Assembly: GCA_010093705.1 (NCBI GenBank)
Contig: MU006099.1
Coordinates: forward strand, 186,001 to 250,000
Direction: 5' to 3'
Origin: Patellaria atrata CBS 101060
Lineage: Eukaryota
DNA length: 64,000 bases
Of the stretch, positions 13,616 through 26,701 are shown piece after piece. Position 1 is the first letter of the stretch. Each line of letters begins with the position of its first letter. The position numbers were made by a program, and so were the translations under genes. The notes beneath the pieces are model-generated. The model made no database searches. It was not told the DNA's origin and saw only the letters and a program-made list of their open reading frames with translations.

Positions 13616-14671
13616 CTACAGTCCAAGCAATGCCGCAACCTCCTTCGCAATCCCATGAAATGCCTTCGCCCTCTCGTTCTCCGGTTCCGCAACCACAGTT
13701 GGCATCCCCCTATCCGCATCCGCACAAATCCGCGCATCAAGCGGGATATCACCCAGCAGCCTAAGTCCCAGCTCCGCGCACTTCTTAGCCACACCTCCGG
13801 CGCCGAAGAGTGAGGTGACGGTACTACAATTAGGACAGTAGAAGTGCGACATATTTTGCACCATGCCCAAGACCGGCACATCGACTTTCTCAAACATGCC
13901 TACACCCCTCACGGCATCTATGAGCGCTATGTCCTGCGGTGTGCTGACCACGACCGCGCCGTCGAGCACGATCTGCTGTGTGATTGTGAGTTGCACGTCG
14001 CCGGTCCCCGGTGGCAGGTCTAGGACGAGGACGTCGAGCCCTGGTGGTCCCCAGGAGACGGTGTGCAGGAGCTGCATGAGGGATTTCTGGACCATGGCGC
14101 CCCGCCAGATTATCGGGGAGGTAGGTGGGATGAGGTAGCCTATGGACATGGAGGGGATACCGTAGTTCGTTAGGGGGAGGAGGGTGTTATCTGGGGAAAG
14201 AGTGAGTGGAGCTCCATTCTGGAGAAGGGAGAATTGAGATGCGATTCCGGTGCTTAAGGGAGGTGATGAGGGATGCGGTGAGGAGCTTTATATGGGATGA
14301 AAACGCACCCTCGCTCAATCTAGGCTCTTGCCCGACCAGATTCAGCAGCGTCGGGATCGAAGGACCGAAGATATCGGTATCGAGGATGCCGGTACGGTGG
14401 CCCTGTCGCGCGAGAGAGAGGGCTAGGTTCACGGCAATTGTCGACTTGCCCACGCCGCCTTTGGCGGAGGAGACTGCAATTACTTTCTTTACATCTTTAA
14501 TGGGTCGTTTGGCTGGGAGGCCGCGCTGCATGCGTGGGATCTCGCCTTTGCGAGGGAGGCCCTGAGATCAGGTTAGCGAACTCGGAGGATTATTGAGGAT
14601 TGAATGTTTACCGTTGGTGCTTCATGTTGCAATGTCCTTAGTATAGAGAACAGTCGTCTTTGCAGTGCCAT
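13616..14671 (-). CDS. IND1: mitochondrial Mrp/NBP35-family Fe-S carrier Ind1/NUBPL
   Basis: Presequence-like [17 protein letters not shown], Walker [49 protein letters not shown]. No N-terminal Cys cluster. Two introns. Confidence 0.88.
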
Positions 14672-14812
14672 CCCATCTAGCTTGCCGCGAGACGCGTTGA
14701 ACCTTTTTTGACGTGGGGACGTCAGGCGGGGGATTGGTTTCCCCGGCGCGCCGAGAGTTTTCCAAAATTTGGAACTTTTTTTGATAGAAACAACAGGGAT
14801 AGGAATTTGACA

Positions 14813-16549
14813 ATGTCGAAGAGTAAGAGGGTCAAATCGCTTGCGGAACAGATTGCCGAGCTTGAGGATCCTGCACCGAGGGGTTAGTTTAATTCTCCTT
14901 CGGACTTTAGGGTTGATACTAATGTGTTGCAGATTTTGACCCAGAAGAAGACGATGTAGGAAGTGAAAGCGATGCGCCCTTGGAGCTAGATGATGAGGGA
15001 TTTGATGGGAGAGAACACTATGTAGATGTTGGGTAAGTTACTGACTCTCAATCAAGTGGACATTGCTGATATAGCGTTCCATTGTAGGAAGAGCAAACTT
15101 CAAAAGCGAGATGCCCTTGCCCTAGGTCCACAATACGAGGGTTCGAGAATAAATCGAGACGCTATAGAGGATGAAGATGACGATCCATTCTCGCGAGGCT
15201 TTGGAGAGGAAGATAGTGAGGAAGAGGGTGATCTAATCAATAGGGATGCATATGAGGGTAATGAAGATGAAGAAAAGAGCGCATTCGATGATGAGGGCCA
15301 GTGGCATAGCGAAGAGGATGATGAAGACATGAATGATGGATTCGATTCAGAAGGGATGGAGGATGAAGGTTCGCAGACTGAGTCTGATGCTTCCGAGCCC
15401 TCAGATATACCAGATCAGAATGGTATCGACAGAGACGAGCTTCGAGCTCTTCTCGCCTCCGAGCAAAAGACAGTAGCCGCATCCCTATCGCAAGCAGCAA
15501 AAACAGATGCAGACAAAGGACGAGCAGTGAAAACTCAGCGAGCTACCTTTGACTCCCTTCTCAATTCACGAATCCGTCTTCAGAAATCCCTTGTTGCTGT
15601 GAATTCGCTATCAGCACTACCTACACCTAGTTGCCTGGCAAACGACACGTCTGGTAATAACCTATCAGCTTTTGAATCAGCAGAATCGGCGGCTTTCGCT
15701 TTATGGACAACTTTGGATAATCTTCGTTGCTCCCTATATACATCACGAACAGGAGAGAAGCGCAAAAGATCTACATATACAATGTCAACGCCAACATCTT
15801 CTCTATGGAAAGCTATGGAGACGCAGGAAGCAGCAGTCAAGCCCCATCGCGATGCCGTTCTCGCAAAGTGGTCTGCGAAAGCTCGTAGCACCACAGGTTT
15901 ACCAACCCGCCGACTCAATGCAAGCGTAGTATCAGAGCAAACGATCGTAGATGTTCTCAGGAATCAACTTACAGACATAGATCGACTAGTCGCAAAGACG
16001 AAGGTTGCACGGAGCTGTGCGCCAGTACAACAGAAAGCGGCATCCGCGAAACCAGCACGATCTCATGGTAAACCTGATGGAACCAATGGTGTGGCAGATG
16101 CATCATCTACACTTAATAATACAGCAACCTTAATCAATGCGGAAGATATTTACGATGACGCAGACTTCTACACCCTCCTCCTCTCCGATCTCCTCTCCTC
16201 TCGCTCAACCACAGACGCCCCCTCCCTAACAAACCTTAGCATCTCCGGCACAACACCCTGGCAAGCTGCACGCGAAGCGAAAACAAAGAAGAACGTCGAC
16301 ACACGGGCGAGCAAAGGCCGGAAAATGAGATACACTGTCCACGAGAAGTTACAGAATTTCATGGCGCCGGAGGATCGGAGTACTTGGGGCCCAAGGGCTG
16401 CGGATGAGCTATTTAGTGGGTTGTTTGGGAAAAAGGCGGTGTTGGGTGAGGAGGTGGAGAGTGACAGTGAGAGTGAGAATGAGAATGAGAGGGAGGATGA
16501 TAGGTTGCTGCTGGCGGATGGGATCGAGGGGGTTAGGTTGTTTAGGTAG
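14813..16549 (+). CDS. BFR2: SSU processome protein Bfr2/AATF
   Basis: MSKSKRVKSLAEQIAELEDPAPR|DFDPE start with two short introns, acidic N-terminus, LLNSRIRLQK, and TRAUB motifs IYDDADFY and VDTRASKGRKMRYTVHEKLQNFMAP. Confidence 0.92.
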
Positions 16550-18250
16550 TGCGGATTTTTAATTCAAACCGAACATTTTCTCTGGAGAACATCGTGTCCG
16601 TTACAAAGTGCCCTTTCTGAGATCTATGCGTTAATTTATGGATTAGGGCAGATGGAAGATATCACACAAACTTTCTTGCGGGAAAGTTATGTTCGGACTA
16701 ATGCTTCCTAACCGAACTCGGAACAGACCATCGGATGCAGGGTATGTTCCTGAACAGGAATGGTGTGTTATAATGTAAATTCAACGTCAGAGGGATCAAC
16801 AACCTCAATAAGAACTGTCAAGTTCTGTCAGACATGTCATCTATCGCCAGGAAACCTGGACCGTAATGCTCCACAGCTTTAAATTCTATCTCGTCAATGT
16901 GTATCTTACGAGGCTAGTTTGTAACCTCAAGCTTAGGGAAGATGGTCGTCAAGGAAAGATAATTAGAATCATTATATTCCTATCTAAACCTGCTGCTCTA
17001 CTTTGCCGCCTATGTAAAGAAATTACCTGGCAACAACACCTGGAGCGGAGAGTCAAACTTTGTCACCCACTCTGGTCGTGATGGAAGGTTCATGAAGAAA
17101 AGCATCGTCATCCAAACACCTCAATGCAAGAGCCTCACACGTGCAAATTATTCTGCGAAGGATCAGGCAGTATAAATGACCTATTGACTATCTCTATAAC
17201 GCATGAAAATGGATCTGGCTGCAAAGTAAGGAGAGCAACCGCAATTGTCTAGAGGTCTATCTTCGAACCTGTGAGTTGAAACCAAAATCCAACCGGCCAA
17301 ATGTCAGAGTTACGAGGATAGTCTAGTGAAGAACGGTCCCGCCCATCCGTCTTCCCCTGGACCAATGTCGAAAGTACCTAAGTCCCGGTCGTGCGACCAA
17401 AGTTAGAGAAACAGTTTCCTAAATTAAAAGACCGTTGCAGAATCAACAGCGAGGGTACAGTCGCAAGTGCGCTTAACCCTCAAGCTATTGACCCTGCGCG
17501 GGTCAAGTCATAATCCTGAACTTGGGAAAAAATGTTAGGGTAGATACTGAGCTCGCCAACGTCGGATTCTAGATTGGTCGAGGTCAAGATTATTGAGCCT
17601 TATGCGCAGGCTACCTGTAGGTCATCAGCAGATATGTTACTTAAAAGTTAGGGAAACCTATAGGTCGTAGAGTTGTTCCGTGGTAATTTTGTGGGCGTGA
17701 TGGACAAGAGTAACGAAATTGAAGAAAACAAGGGAAGAATTGGAGGGACAGAGCAAGAATATATAGACACGCCGAGGCGATTTTCTACAACCTAGGTTAG
17801 CGAGTCTTAGTGTCGTGTGACTATTTTGGGTGTTGCCGTATATTGGTGAATAATTAAGGTGAAGCGGCCATGTAACAATCGGAAAAGAACAATTGATCGC
17901 GGCGGTTCGCGCAGGCATAAGCGAAGGTGGCTATAAAGCTGTAAACAAACATATTTGCCTTCTTACTGCAGCTCTTTTCACAGTCTCATCACCTCAACGT
18001 CCAGAATTCTCCAGCAATTCTTCTGTCTTCAGAACCCGGCACTCTGTATCAAGCTTCGTCTCCTCAACGTCCAGTAACTCGAGCAAGTCTCATCTCCCCT
18101 CAACATCCGGCTTTTCTTTTGGCGGATCTCATCTGCTTAGCACCCAACACTCTTTGGTCAAATTTTCTTTCCTCCGCGTCCAGCAATCTTTTTGCAATCT
18201 CGTTTTTGTGATTATAAAACTTCTGGTACCAAACTTGTATCTCCCACACC

Positions 18251-19557
18251 ATGAGCGGTCCTCTAGGTGTTGCACCTGTTGCTTCCATGGCGGCTAACGA
18301 GATCGATTTTTCCAAGTACAAGATACGAGATGGTCCAAAGGAGTAGATTGCTCAAGCTCAGTCATTCCTCAAGGAGCTATGGCCTGGAATAACCCCTGCG
18401 AACTATTTTGAAAAGAAGTACATACCTCAAGCTGGAGAAAACGAGAGTTACGTCGGTGATGCGGAAAAGCGGATCTTTACAGTCAATATATGGATGAAAT
18501 TAAGTACGCTCGCTGTTTACGGTCAGGGAAAATCACAAGAAGCTCTCAGAAAAGTGACAAATAACTGTCGCAAAAGACGTAATGCCTACAAGAAAAAGCT
18601 CGCGGAACTCAAGAAGGACGAATTGCCTCCTTCTCAACCTACTAGAGACGGCCAGAAAGGGGTCGTTTGGCCAGACCTTACAAAGGCCATTCGAGAGATC
18701 AAGGAGTCGGCAGAGAAAGGGGAAAGGTGGTTCGATAAAGATGACGAAGTTACTTCAATCGCCTCAACAGACGAGGACGAGGTCATGCACGGTATGCTCT
18801 TCACTTTTTCTCACTCTTGAAATTATCATACTTACTCTTAATGGTGAAGATGTAGAAGTTCTCAATACGACCAAGCCGTCTTCCAGCGTCATATCCACGG
18901 CTACCCCGCCAAACCCCAAAGGACCAAGTAGGTTACCACCCAACGAACTCATGATACGAATCCGGGTACTCCCGTGGTACTTGGCACCTTATTACTTAGG
19001 GCATTCGCCAGTACTACTTCCGAGTCCTCCACAGTAACCAAGGATTCACCATATACCGCACCACCCTGGAAGCTCTAGTAGAATTTGGTATGCTGCTACC
19101 TATCGCATTCGCTAATACTACTTACGCTTCCACAATACCAAAAAGCGGGAGTGGAACAAAAAGTACAGTAACTGAGTTAGGCTTCACAGTACAAAAATTG
19201 CATTCCAAACAGTCGGAAGCAGGTGCTCCAAACGCCATGAGTACAAATTCGGCCAATCGGGCCTTAGTTCAAAAATTGCAGGATGATATCGCATCGCTAC
19301 GGGAGGAAAACTCTCACCTCACAAACATATTGGGAGATCAGGCGAAGGAGATTCGCAGCTGGTGGGAGGATCCGGTGGTATAGAACTGGTCCGACCAGAA
19401 GATCGACGGGGCGGTCACGCTGATCAGGAACGAGGCGATCAGCCTGCTCCAAAACCACCCCAATGAGCGGAGCAGGTACGAATATCTCTTCGCGATTTCG
19501 AGTGCCTTAGTTGCGTACAAGAATAATCGCTGGGGTGAGAGAGCGGGGGAGACGTAG
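18251..19557 (+). pseudogene. degraded orphan gene with a C-terminal coiled coil
   Basis: ATG 18251 is in frame with ORF 18494 but interrupted by TAG at 18344. Plausible intron at about 18792-18849. The middle is disrupted. ORF 19090-19383 ends in a TAG after which the same frame stays open to 19557. Confidence 0.55.
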
Positions 19558-19912
19558 GGGTTCTTTGTGCTAGAATACTGGAGGTTGGTTGGGGATGAGG
19601 CTTTTGTTGTACTGTACGTATGGTCAAACAGTCATAATTACAATAACTAGTGCATCTTTCAACTGGAAAAAATCATAATGTTAACCAGTGGGTGCGTATT
19701 TCAGCCAGTCAAAATGCTAATATTAAACAGTAAAACCATAGTTTTAACCAGTGGGTACGAGCTTCAACTGGTCAAGACCATGTGTCAATTAGCTAGTAAG
19801 TTCTATCCCGTCTATAAAAGATCACTTCTCCCCCCCAAAACTTCCAAATCATCAATTTGTTCAAACTCCAATTTCACTTCTCACTCCCCCTATACTGATC
19901 ACCATATTTCAA

Positions 19913-20869
19913 ATGTATGTACACCAGCGTACCATCCTGGCCTTCTGCCTTCTTGTCTCCCTTGTTCACGCTGTCCCTGTACCCGACCCCGACCCCAGAA
20001 GAGTTTTTCCTTATACACGCCCCCGTATCCTCGAACATCTTGCCACCAGAACAAACGCTCCGGCCACCACTGTACAAGCAGGGAAGAGATGTCCCCCCGA
20101 GCCAACTGGGCCAGTACAGTACATATGGCCGGAAGATGTCAGTGGACCGCTCTCTGAAGAGGGTACGGAGCTCGCCCCCCGTACTCCCCCATATAACGTT
20201 CCCGACGCCACAGAGGACGAACAAAGCGGTACAGATGCCGAGTCCAGCGATACTCTAGACAGTGTCCAGGATGAGGAGAGCAGCGAAGAACCCGCCACAG
20301 AACCCGCCTCCCACGAATACGATCTCAGCAGTAACCTAGCCGGACCAGCCGACAAGACAGACCCAGCCCAAGACTCCTCCGCCCTCATCATCCTCGGGTC
20401 CTCCAACACCACCACCTCAGAACCTCATACCAACCTCCTCGCTCGGGGCCGCAGCAAACCCGACGCCAAGATCGACAACAAGCCCCTGAACAAGTACAAG
20501 TACGTGTACCGCGACCTGCTAGCCGACTTCTGTAAGCTGAACACGAACCGCTGCGCCAACCCGTACAGCTTCGACCACGAGCTCGTGCTGTCCGAGGCCT
20601 TCATGCTCAAGTACCGCATCTGGTGTCTGCAGAACATCCAGCAGTGCGAGCTCGACGGCGCCTTCTATGCCCACCTCAATGCCGATGAGTTCTACTACAA
20701 GGGGAAGCGCATCGTGAAATGGTGCCAGAACGAGAAGACGAAGTGGAAGTGTCAGCCGGATATGCGGAATTGGGAGTCGTGGCCGGCGAGGAAAAGTATA
20801 GTCCCATTCATTAAGAAATTGGAGAAGGGTTCGAGGGGTAAGAAGGCGGATGATGATGGTGACGCTTAG
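19913..20869 (+). CDS. secreted protein with acidic pro-region and Cys-containing C-terminal domain (effector-like)
   Basis: Signal-peptide-like ILAFCLLVSLVHA|VP, D/E/S-rich linker, then a basic domain with three Cys pairs. Third codon positions in the 3' half are visibly G/C-rich. Confidence 0.75.
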   Translation: MYVHQRTILAFCLLVSLVHAVPVPDPDPRRVFPYTRPRILEHLATRTNAPATTVQAGKRCPPEPTGPVQYIWPEDVSGPLSEEGTELAPRTPPYNVPDATEDEQSGTDAESSDTLDSVQDEESSEEPATEPASHEYDLSSNLAGPADKTDPAQDSSALIILGSSNTTTSEPHTNLLARGRSKPDAKIDNKPLNKYKYVYRDLLADFCKLNTNRCANPYSFDHELVLSEAFMLKYRIWCLQNIQQCELDGAFYAHLNADEFYYKGKRIVKWCQNEKTKWKCQPDMRNWESWPARKSIVPFIKKLEKGSRGKKADDDGDA

Positions 20870-21581
20870 CTTGATAGAGATCATTGTTGGGCTCACCATG
20901 GTTATTGAAATCGGTGAAAATTTCTCAGTGGTGTGGTTTATTCTTTCTGGTGGCGTTTGGGACTTTTCAGTGAGTTTTTGAGATAGAGTTTGGATTAAAT
21001 TATTTTTGGTTTCCTGCATCGCTTCAAGTGCTTCTTACATGGTTTACTTTTCACGTACGGTACAGACGAAGATATCCATATTTCTACTTGGGTTGAAGTA
21101 TCTATATAACTTTTAGCCTTTGGTTTGATACGAAAATTCAGATCACTATAGATTTCCCATTATCCTAATGGTGTATTATCTAGTGTACTTTCATGCATAT
21201 TTTATCACGTAGGTATTCGCAAACAAGAAAATAATGTTGCGCATATATCGCATGGTCCTCGGGTTGTACTGTACAACTGGCTAGCAGTACCGTGGTAAGG
21301 AATGGGTGCTGGAACGAAAATTAATGTATTGAGATAATACTATTATCATGAAACAATGTACATACCGTACATCTCCTTTGAGTCCAAAATTGGACCACTT
21401 CACCATATCCAGGGCACTTTCACAAGTTGGATGCAAGCACACAAGCTGACGTTGAACATAGTATTATTCTTAAGTCATGCTATATGGATAAGACTTAAAC
21501 TCCTAGCTGCACTAGCTAATCCCAACCCGTGATCCAGCTCTAAAGCTTTTGTACAAATCTTTCATCGTCTCTGCATAGCAA

Positions 21582-23782
21582 TTACAACTCGTCATGACCC
21601 TCAGGCTCATCATCGCCGTCAGGCGCTCCACCTGCGCTACCATAAAGTTTGCTTGTAATTGGGTAAGCGACGTTGCTGAGCTTCTCCTTCTGCTCCTCGA
21701 AATCTTCAGTCGTGGCCGAAGCCGCGTTCTCTTCTAACCAATCGGTAGTCTCCTTGACAGCTTCTAGGATCTGCGGATATATTAGTTTATGAAATGTTAA
21801 AAGTCAAAACTGAAAGGAACTCACAGTTTCCTTATCTTCCTCGTCAATCTTGCCGCCCATCCCTTCCTCATCGTTAACCTGGTTCTTCAAGCTGAATGCG
21901 TAGTTCTCGAGGCCGTTACGGGCCTCGATCTTCTCACGGGTTGCCTTGTCCTCTTCGGCATATTTCTCGGCTTCCGCCACCATGCGTTCAATTTCTTCAG
22001 TGCTCAAACGGCCCTTGTCATTGGTGATCGTGATGGATTCCGATTTACCAGTGCCCTTGTCACCAGCGGAAACCTTCAAGATACCATTGGCGTCGAGTTC
22101 GAAAGAGACTTCAATTTGGGGAACGCCACGAGGCGCAGGGGGAATTCCAGTGAGCTCGAACTTTCCGAGCTGGTTGTTATCCTTGGTCAGGGAACGTTCA
22201 CCCTCAAAGACCTGGATCAAGACAACAGGTTGGTTATCGGCGGCGGTAGAGAAGATCTGAGACTTGCGAGTTGGAATAGTAGTTCCACGTTTGATCAGCT
22301 GAGTCATGACACCGCCGGTTGTTTCAATACCGAGAGTAAGAGGGTTAACGTCCATAAGAACCAAGGTGCCGGCGTTCTCCTCACCAGACAAGATACCACC
22401 CTGAACGGCAGCGCCGTAAGCGACAGCTTCATCGGGATTAACATCCTTGCGTGCCTTCTTACCAAACCACTCCTCAAGCATCTGTGCGACCTTGGGAATA
22501 CGAGTGGAACCACCGACCAAGACAATGTCATGGATGTCGCTCTTCTTGAGTTTCGCATCCTTGAGAACCTGCTCGACGGGTTTGAGAGTCTTCTTGAAAA
22601 GGTCGTTGTTCAATTCCTCAAACTTGGCGCGGGTCAGAGTCTCCGAGAAGTCCTTACCCTTATAGAAGGATTCAATTTCGATTCTAGTGGACATCTGGGA
22701 AGAGAGAGTACGCTTGGCCTTCTCGACATCACGCTTTAGTTTGCCCATTGTCTTGGAGTCCTTGGTAATATCAACACCGTGTTCCTTGTTGTATTTCTTA
22801 ACAAAGTAGTTCACGACACGTTGGTCGAAATCTTCACCACCAAGATGGGTGTCACCAGCGGTAGCCAAGACCTCGAAAACACCTTGATCGACTGTGAGAA
22901 TGGAAACATCGAAAGTACCACCACCAAGATCTGTAGTTCATAATTAGAAACAGGTCGTTTAGATATCATAGGAGGGAAGATGCTTACCATAGACAACGAT
23001 GTTCCTTTCGTTCTCGGATTGCTTGTCAAGACCGTAGGCCAGAGCGGCAGCGGTAGGTTCGTTAACAACACGGAGAACGTTCAGGCCAGCAATGGTACCT
23101 GCATCTTTCGTGGCTGCTCTTTGAGCGTCGTTGAAGTAGGCTGGGACCGTAACAACTGCGTTGGTGACCTTTTCGCCCAAATAGTTTTCCGCGATTTCTT
23201 TCATGTGACCGAGGACCATGGCGCTTATTTCTTCGGGAGTAAATGTCTTCTCATCGCCGTGTACGTCAACTTTAACGCGAGGTTGACCACCCTTCTCGGT
23301 GACCTTGAACGGGAAGTGCTTGATGTCATTTTGAACGTCCCTATGTTGCTGTCAATCCCTACTCCCTATTATACTGTGTCTACACGACTGAGAACTTACT
23401 TGTCTGAGAATTTACGACCAATCATACGCTTAATGTCGAAGATTGTTCGCTCAGGATTGCTGGCGTACTGATTCTTTGCGGCGTCTCCAACCAGTCGTTC
23501 TTCATCCGTGAAGGCCACCCATGAAGGTGTGATACGGTTACCCTGTGAGTTTACCAAAATTTCGACCTTTCCACCCTTCATTATGCCCACACATGAATAT
23601 GTCGTTCCCAAATCGATACCGATGACAGGTCCAGAGATCGCTTTATCGTTCAGAGGTTCTTGATCAGCGGCTCTGGCGCTTGTACTTAATAGCACCATAG
23701 GTGCACATAGTACTAAGAGGAGGTAGAAGACCGTCGACCACGTAAACCGTGACGAGGTATTGGCGCTCGACCGCCGAGCCAT
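21582..23782 (-). CDS. KAR2: ER Hsp70 chaperone BiP
   Basis: Signal peptide, [42 protein letters not shown]. Final exon ends GHDEL* (stop 21582-21584). Three introns. Confidence 0.97.
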
Positions 23783-25035
23783 TCTGAGGATGTGGATGTA
23801 GATGTGTACGCTCTAATCAACAAAAGTTCAGATGGAAGATAGTGGGGTTTGTATGCTCCTTCAAGAAGCAATACAAGGGGAAGATGAAAGCACAAAACTT
23901 GGGGTATAATGTGGAAGAGAAGAAAATGCGTAGATCTTGCAGGTGTTTGAGAGGCAATGGTGGTTATAAAAGCTCCAGCAGCGAGGTAGAAACTTTCCCT
24001 TGTGCGATACTTGACACCTTTCAAAAGTTGTCGGGTTAATGATTTTCCGTGAAGAAGCTTTCCGGATTCGGTAATGTCCGCCTCCTGCAAACTGTCCTTT
24101 CTTCAAGCTCCTGCATTCAAAGGACAACATTGTACAAGTAACCCCCTAGAATCTTCTGGTATACGTTTCGAATCCCCTAAATAAATTCTCCTGACTCATT
24201 ACATACCTGTACTGTACACGTGGATTGTGGCAACACAAAGTACAGACCATATGAATATTCATGTTGCTTTCCAGTCATCCCTTTCCGAGGGTCGGTGCAG
24301 CGCATTTTCTGCAGGATCTTATATACTCTCTGTATTATACTAAAATACAACCCTCATACCTGGAAACAAGGATTGTTATTCTGAATTATCTGTGATGCTA
24401 TCGTTTGTAGGCAACTTCACTCATTATCTTATATGAGTAGACACGTAGTTCTATCATAGCTTCAAGAAAATATAGTCCCTGCAATGTAGTCACCGTTTGT
24501 TTCATTGTGATATCTATGAAGACCGTCCTGTCTCATCCCAACGATAAATATTGTTCTCCTAGTATGAGTGATTTGCGTATCTATGTATTTCCTATCAAGA
24601 CCTATCGTCATGGTATCTCGTAGTACTGCGGCTCTTTTTACCAAAGCCTATGCGAAAAATTCCTTCCGCAATTACCAAGAACACCAAAATAGTCCGACTT
24701 CAACTTTATCTCAACACAACGCAGGGCTCTAATTTTAATTTCTTTTTTTTTTTTTTTGAAGACGTCTAATAGTCAATTTTAATACACTCTCTCTAATGAT
24801 ACCAAAATTTCATGATATAAAACTTGCTGATATTGAGTTATAAGCATTCGCAGTAATCGACTTGTTTTGCGTGGCAACGAATTTTTCGCATAGGCCTTGT
24901 ACCGTCACCCCTTGATCTTCGGGAGGGCGCGATCGCTTTCGGCTAGCGTAAAAGCTTTTCTGAACCTACATAAATCGTTTGGCACACTCTTAGATGATAT
25001 GTCAAACTTTCAGGGCAACATCCGAGATTTTTCAA

Positions 25036-26495
25036 ATGACGGCCCAGACTACCACTACAGCGGTAGAGCTACAGGATCTTCCCGTTGGACAACGTTCGCT
25101 AGTGCGGCGCGATTGGGACGCCGCTACAGCACTTCATGATGCTGACAACATTATTGAAGCGTCCCGTATTGCAGATGCCGAAGCACCAGAAGGCGGCTAT
25201 GGCTGGATTATAGTCCCGGCATGCTTTGTCATGACTTGGTGGATTATGGGGGTGTCATATAGCTGGGGTATCAATCAGGCCGCTCTCGTACATCGAGAAC
25301 TTTCATCTCCCGCAACGCTTTCGTTCGTTGGTTCATTAGCCGCTGCGAGCATTTCGATTTATGCCATCATCAATGCTAGACTCATTCGTCTCATGGGCTT
25401 GAGAAATGCGGCACTTTTAGGGATACTACTAATCGGATCAGGACAATTTTTAAGCAGCTTTTGTATCAATAGTATAGGAGGTCTTTTCGTCACATCTGGT
25501 GTCCTCACCGGCATTGGCCAAGGATTTTGCTTTATGGTAATATCAATCCCCGACATTAAAGGAATGGTGTTGACTCTTATTCTCCGACAGGTAGCTTCTG
25601 TTACCCCAGCGCAGTACTTTAGCAAGAAAAGGGGCCTAGCCAACGGTATAGTTTTTTCTGGTGGTGCATTTGGGGGTGCAGTTCTTAGCCTCGTCATGGA
25701 CGCTTTAATTACTCGAGTTGGTCCGGCTTGGAACTTCCGGATAGTTGGTCTGGCCGCATGGTTGTCCGGATTACCTGCTGCATGGTTCATCAAGGAAAGG
25801 ACCTCTCTCCCCAAGGTTGTCTTTATAGATTGGCGTCTGTTCAAAGAGTCCCGTTTCGTAATCATTTTCGTAGCAGCTGGAATTGCTGTATTTCCACTCT
25901 TCGTCCCACCTTTCTTCCTTCCATTATATACTCATTCATTGGGTCTATCATCTAGTACTGGAGCAGGACTAGTAGCTGGATTCAACTTTGCTTCTGCAGC
26001 TGGGAGGATTCTATGTGGTTTCATGGGTGATAAGATTGGGCCATTGAACACTTTGTTTATATCGGTATCTCTAAGTGCTATAAGTGTCTTGACGATTTGG
26101 CCTGTCGCAGACACGTTAGCCCCTCTGATCGTATTCATGATAATCAACGGTATCGCGAATGGAGGATTCTTTGCCATTATGCCAACAGTCGTTGGGAATA
26201 TCTTTGGCTCCGCAAGGGTCTCTGTCGTTATGGGCATGGTCGTGACAGGTTGGACTGGGGGATACCTCATGGTGAGCTAAAAGCCCTCATGCGTGAGTAT
26301 CACTTCTAATAGTTCTATCGTACGTAGGGAGCCCCGATTGCTGGATATATCCTAGATGCCTACGGTGGAGAAGAGGGCGGGTTTCGCGCTTATCGGCCCG
26401 CTATATTCTATGCAGGCTCGATGTCTGTGGTCGCTGCTAGCCTAGTCGCTCTCGTACGGTTGAGAATCAACAAGAACCTCCTGGGGAGTCTCTGA
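25036..26495 (+). CDS. MFS transporter, monocarboxylate porter (MCT/Mch) family
   Basis: APEGGYGW, QYFSKKRGLANGIVFSGG, GRILCGFMGDKIG. Introns at 25537-25590 and from 26272. Last exon GAPIAGYILDAYGG ends at TGA 26493-26495. Confidence 0.9.
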
Positions 26496-26701
26496 TATTA
26501 TTGATTCCTAGAGCAATGCACAATTTGATTCATAGTAGTATCACTCATCCAAATGAGAAGAAGAGTTTTGGCGTGCAGATGGACGAATAAACTCGACTAT
26601 TCAATGGATTCTAGTATGCTATGACTGACCATATGAATTCTGACTATCAAAGCATAACTTTTCTTGTTGACAAATTCCCAATCCATCTGAATACCAGCAT
26701 T

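Noticed and set aside
19655..19775. Duplicated ttaaccagtgggt and ttcaactgg motifs upstream of the secreted protein
   Set aside because: Only two short copies; cannot separate a binding site from a small local duplication.
21946..23471. Long antisense ORFs over KAR2 (similar ones over GMPPA and the hydrolase)
   Set aside because: Expected shadow of codon bias in conserved genes; antisense ORFs over Hsp70 genes are well known.
603..23782. EMP65, GMPPA-like and KAR2 as an ER quality-control cluster
   Set aside because: Spread over 23 kb with unrelated genes between them; no shared motif seen.
24160..24180. gtttcgaatccc resembling a tRNA T-loop/B-box
   Set aside because: I could not build acceptor, D or anticodon stems around it.
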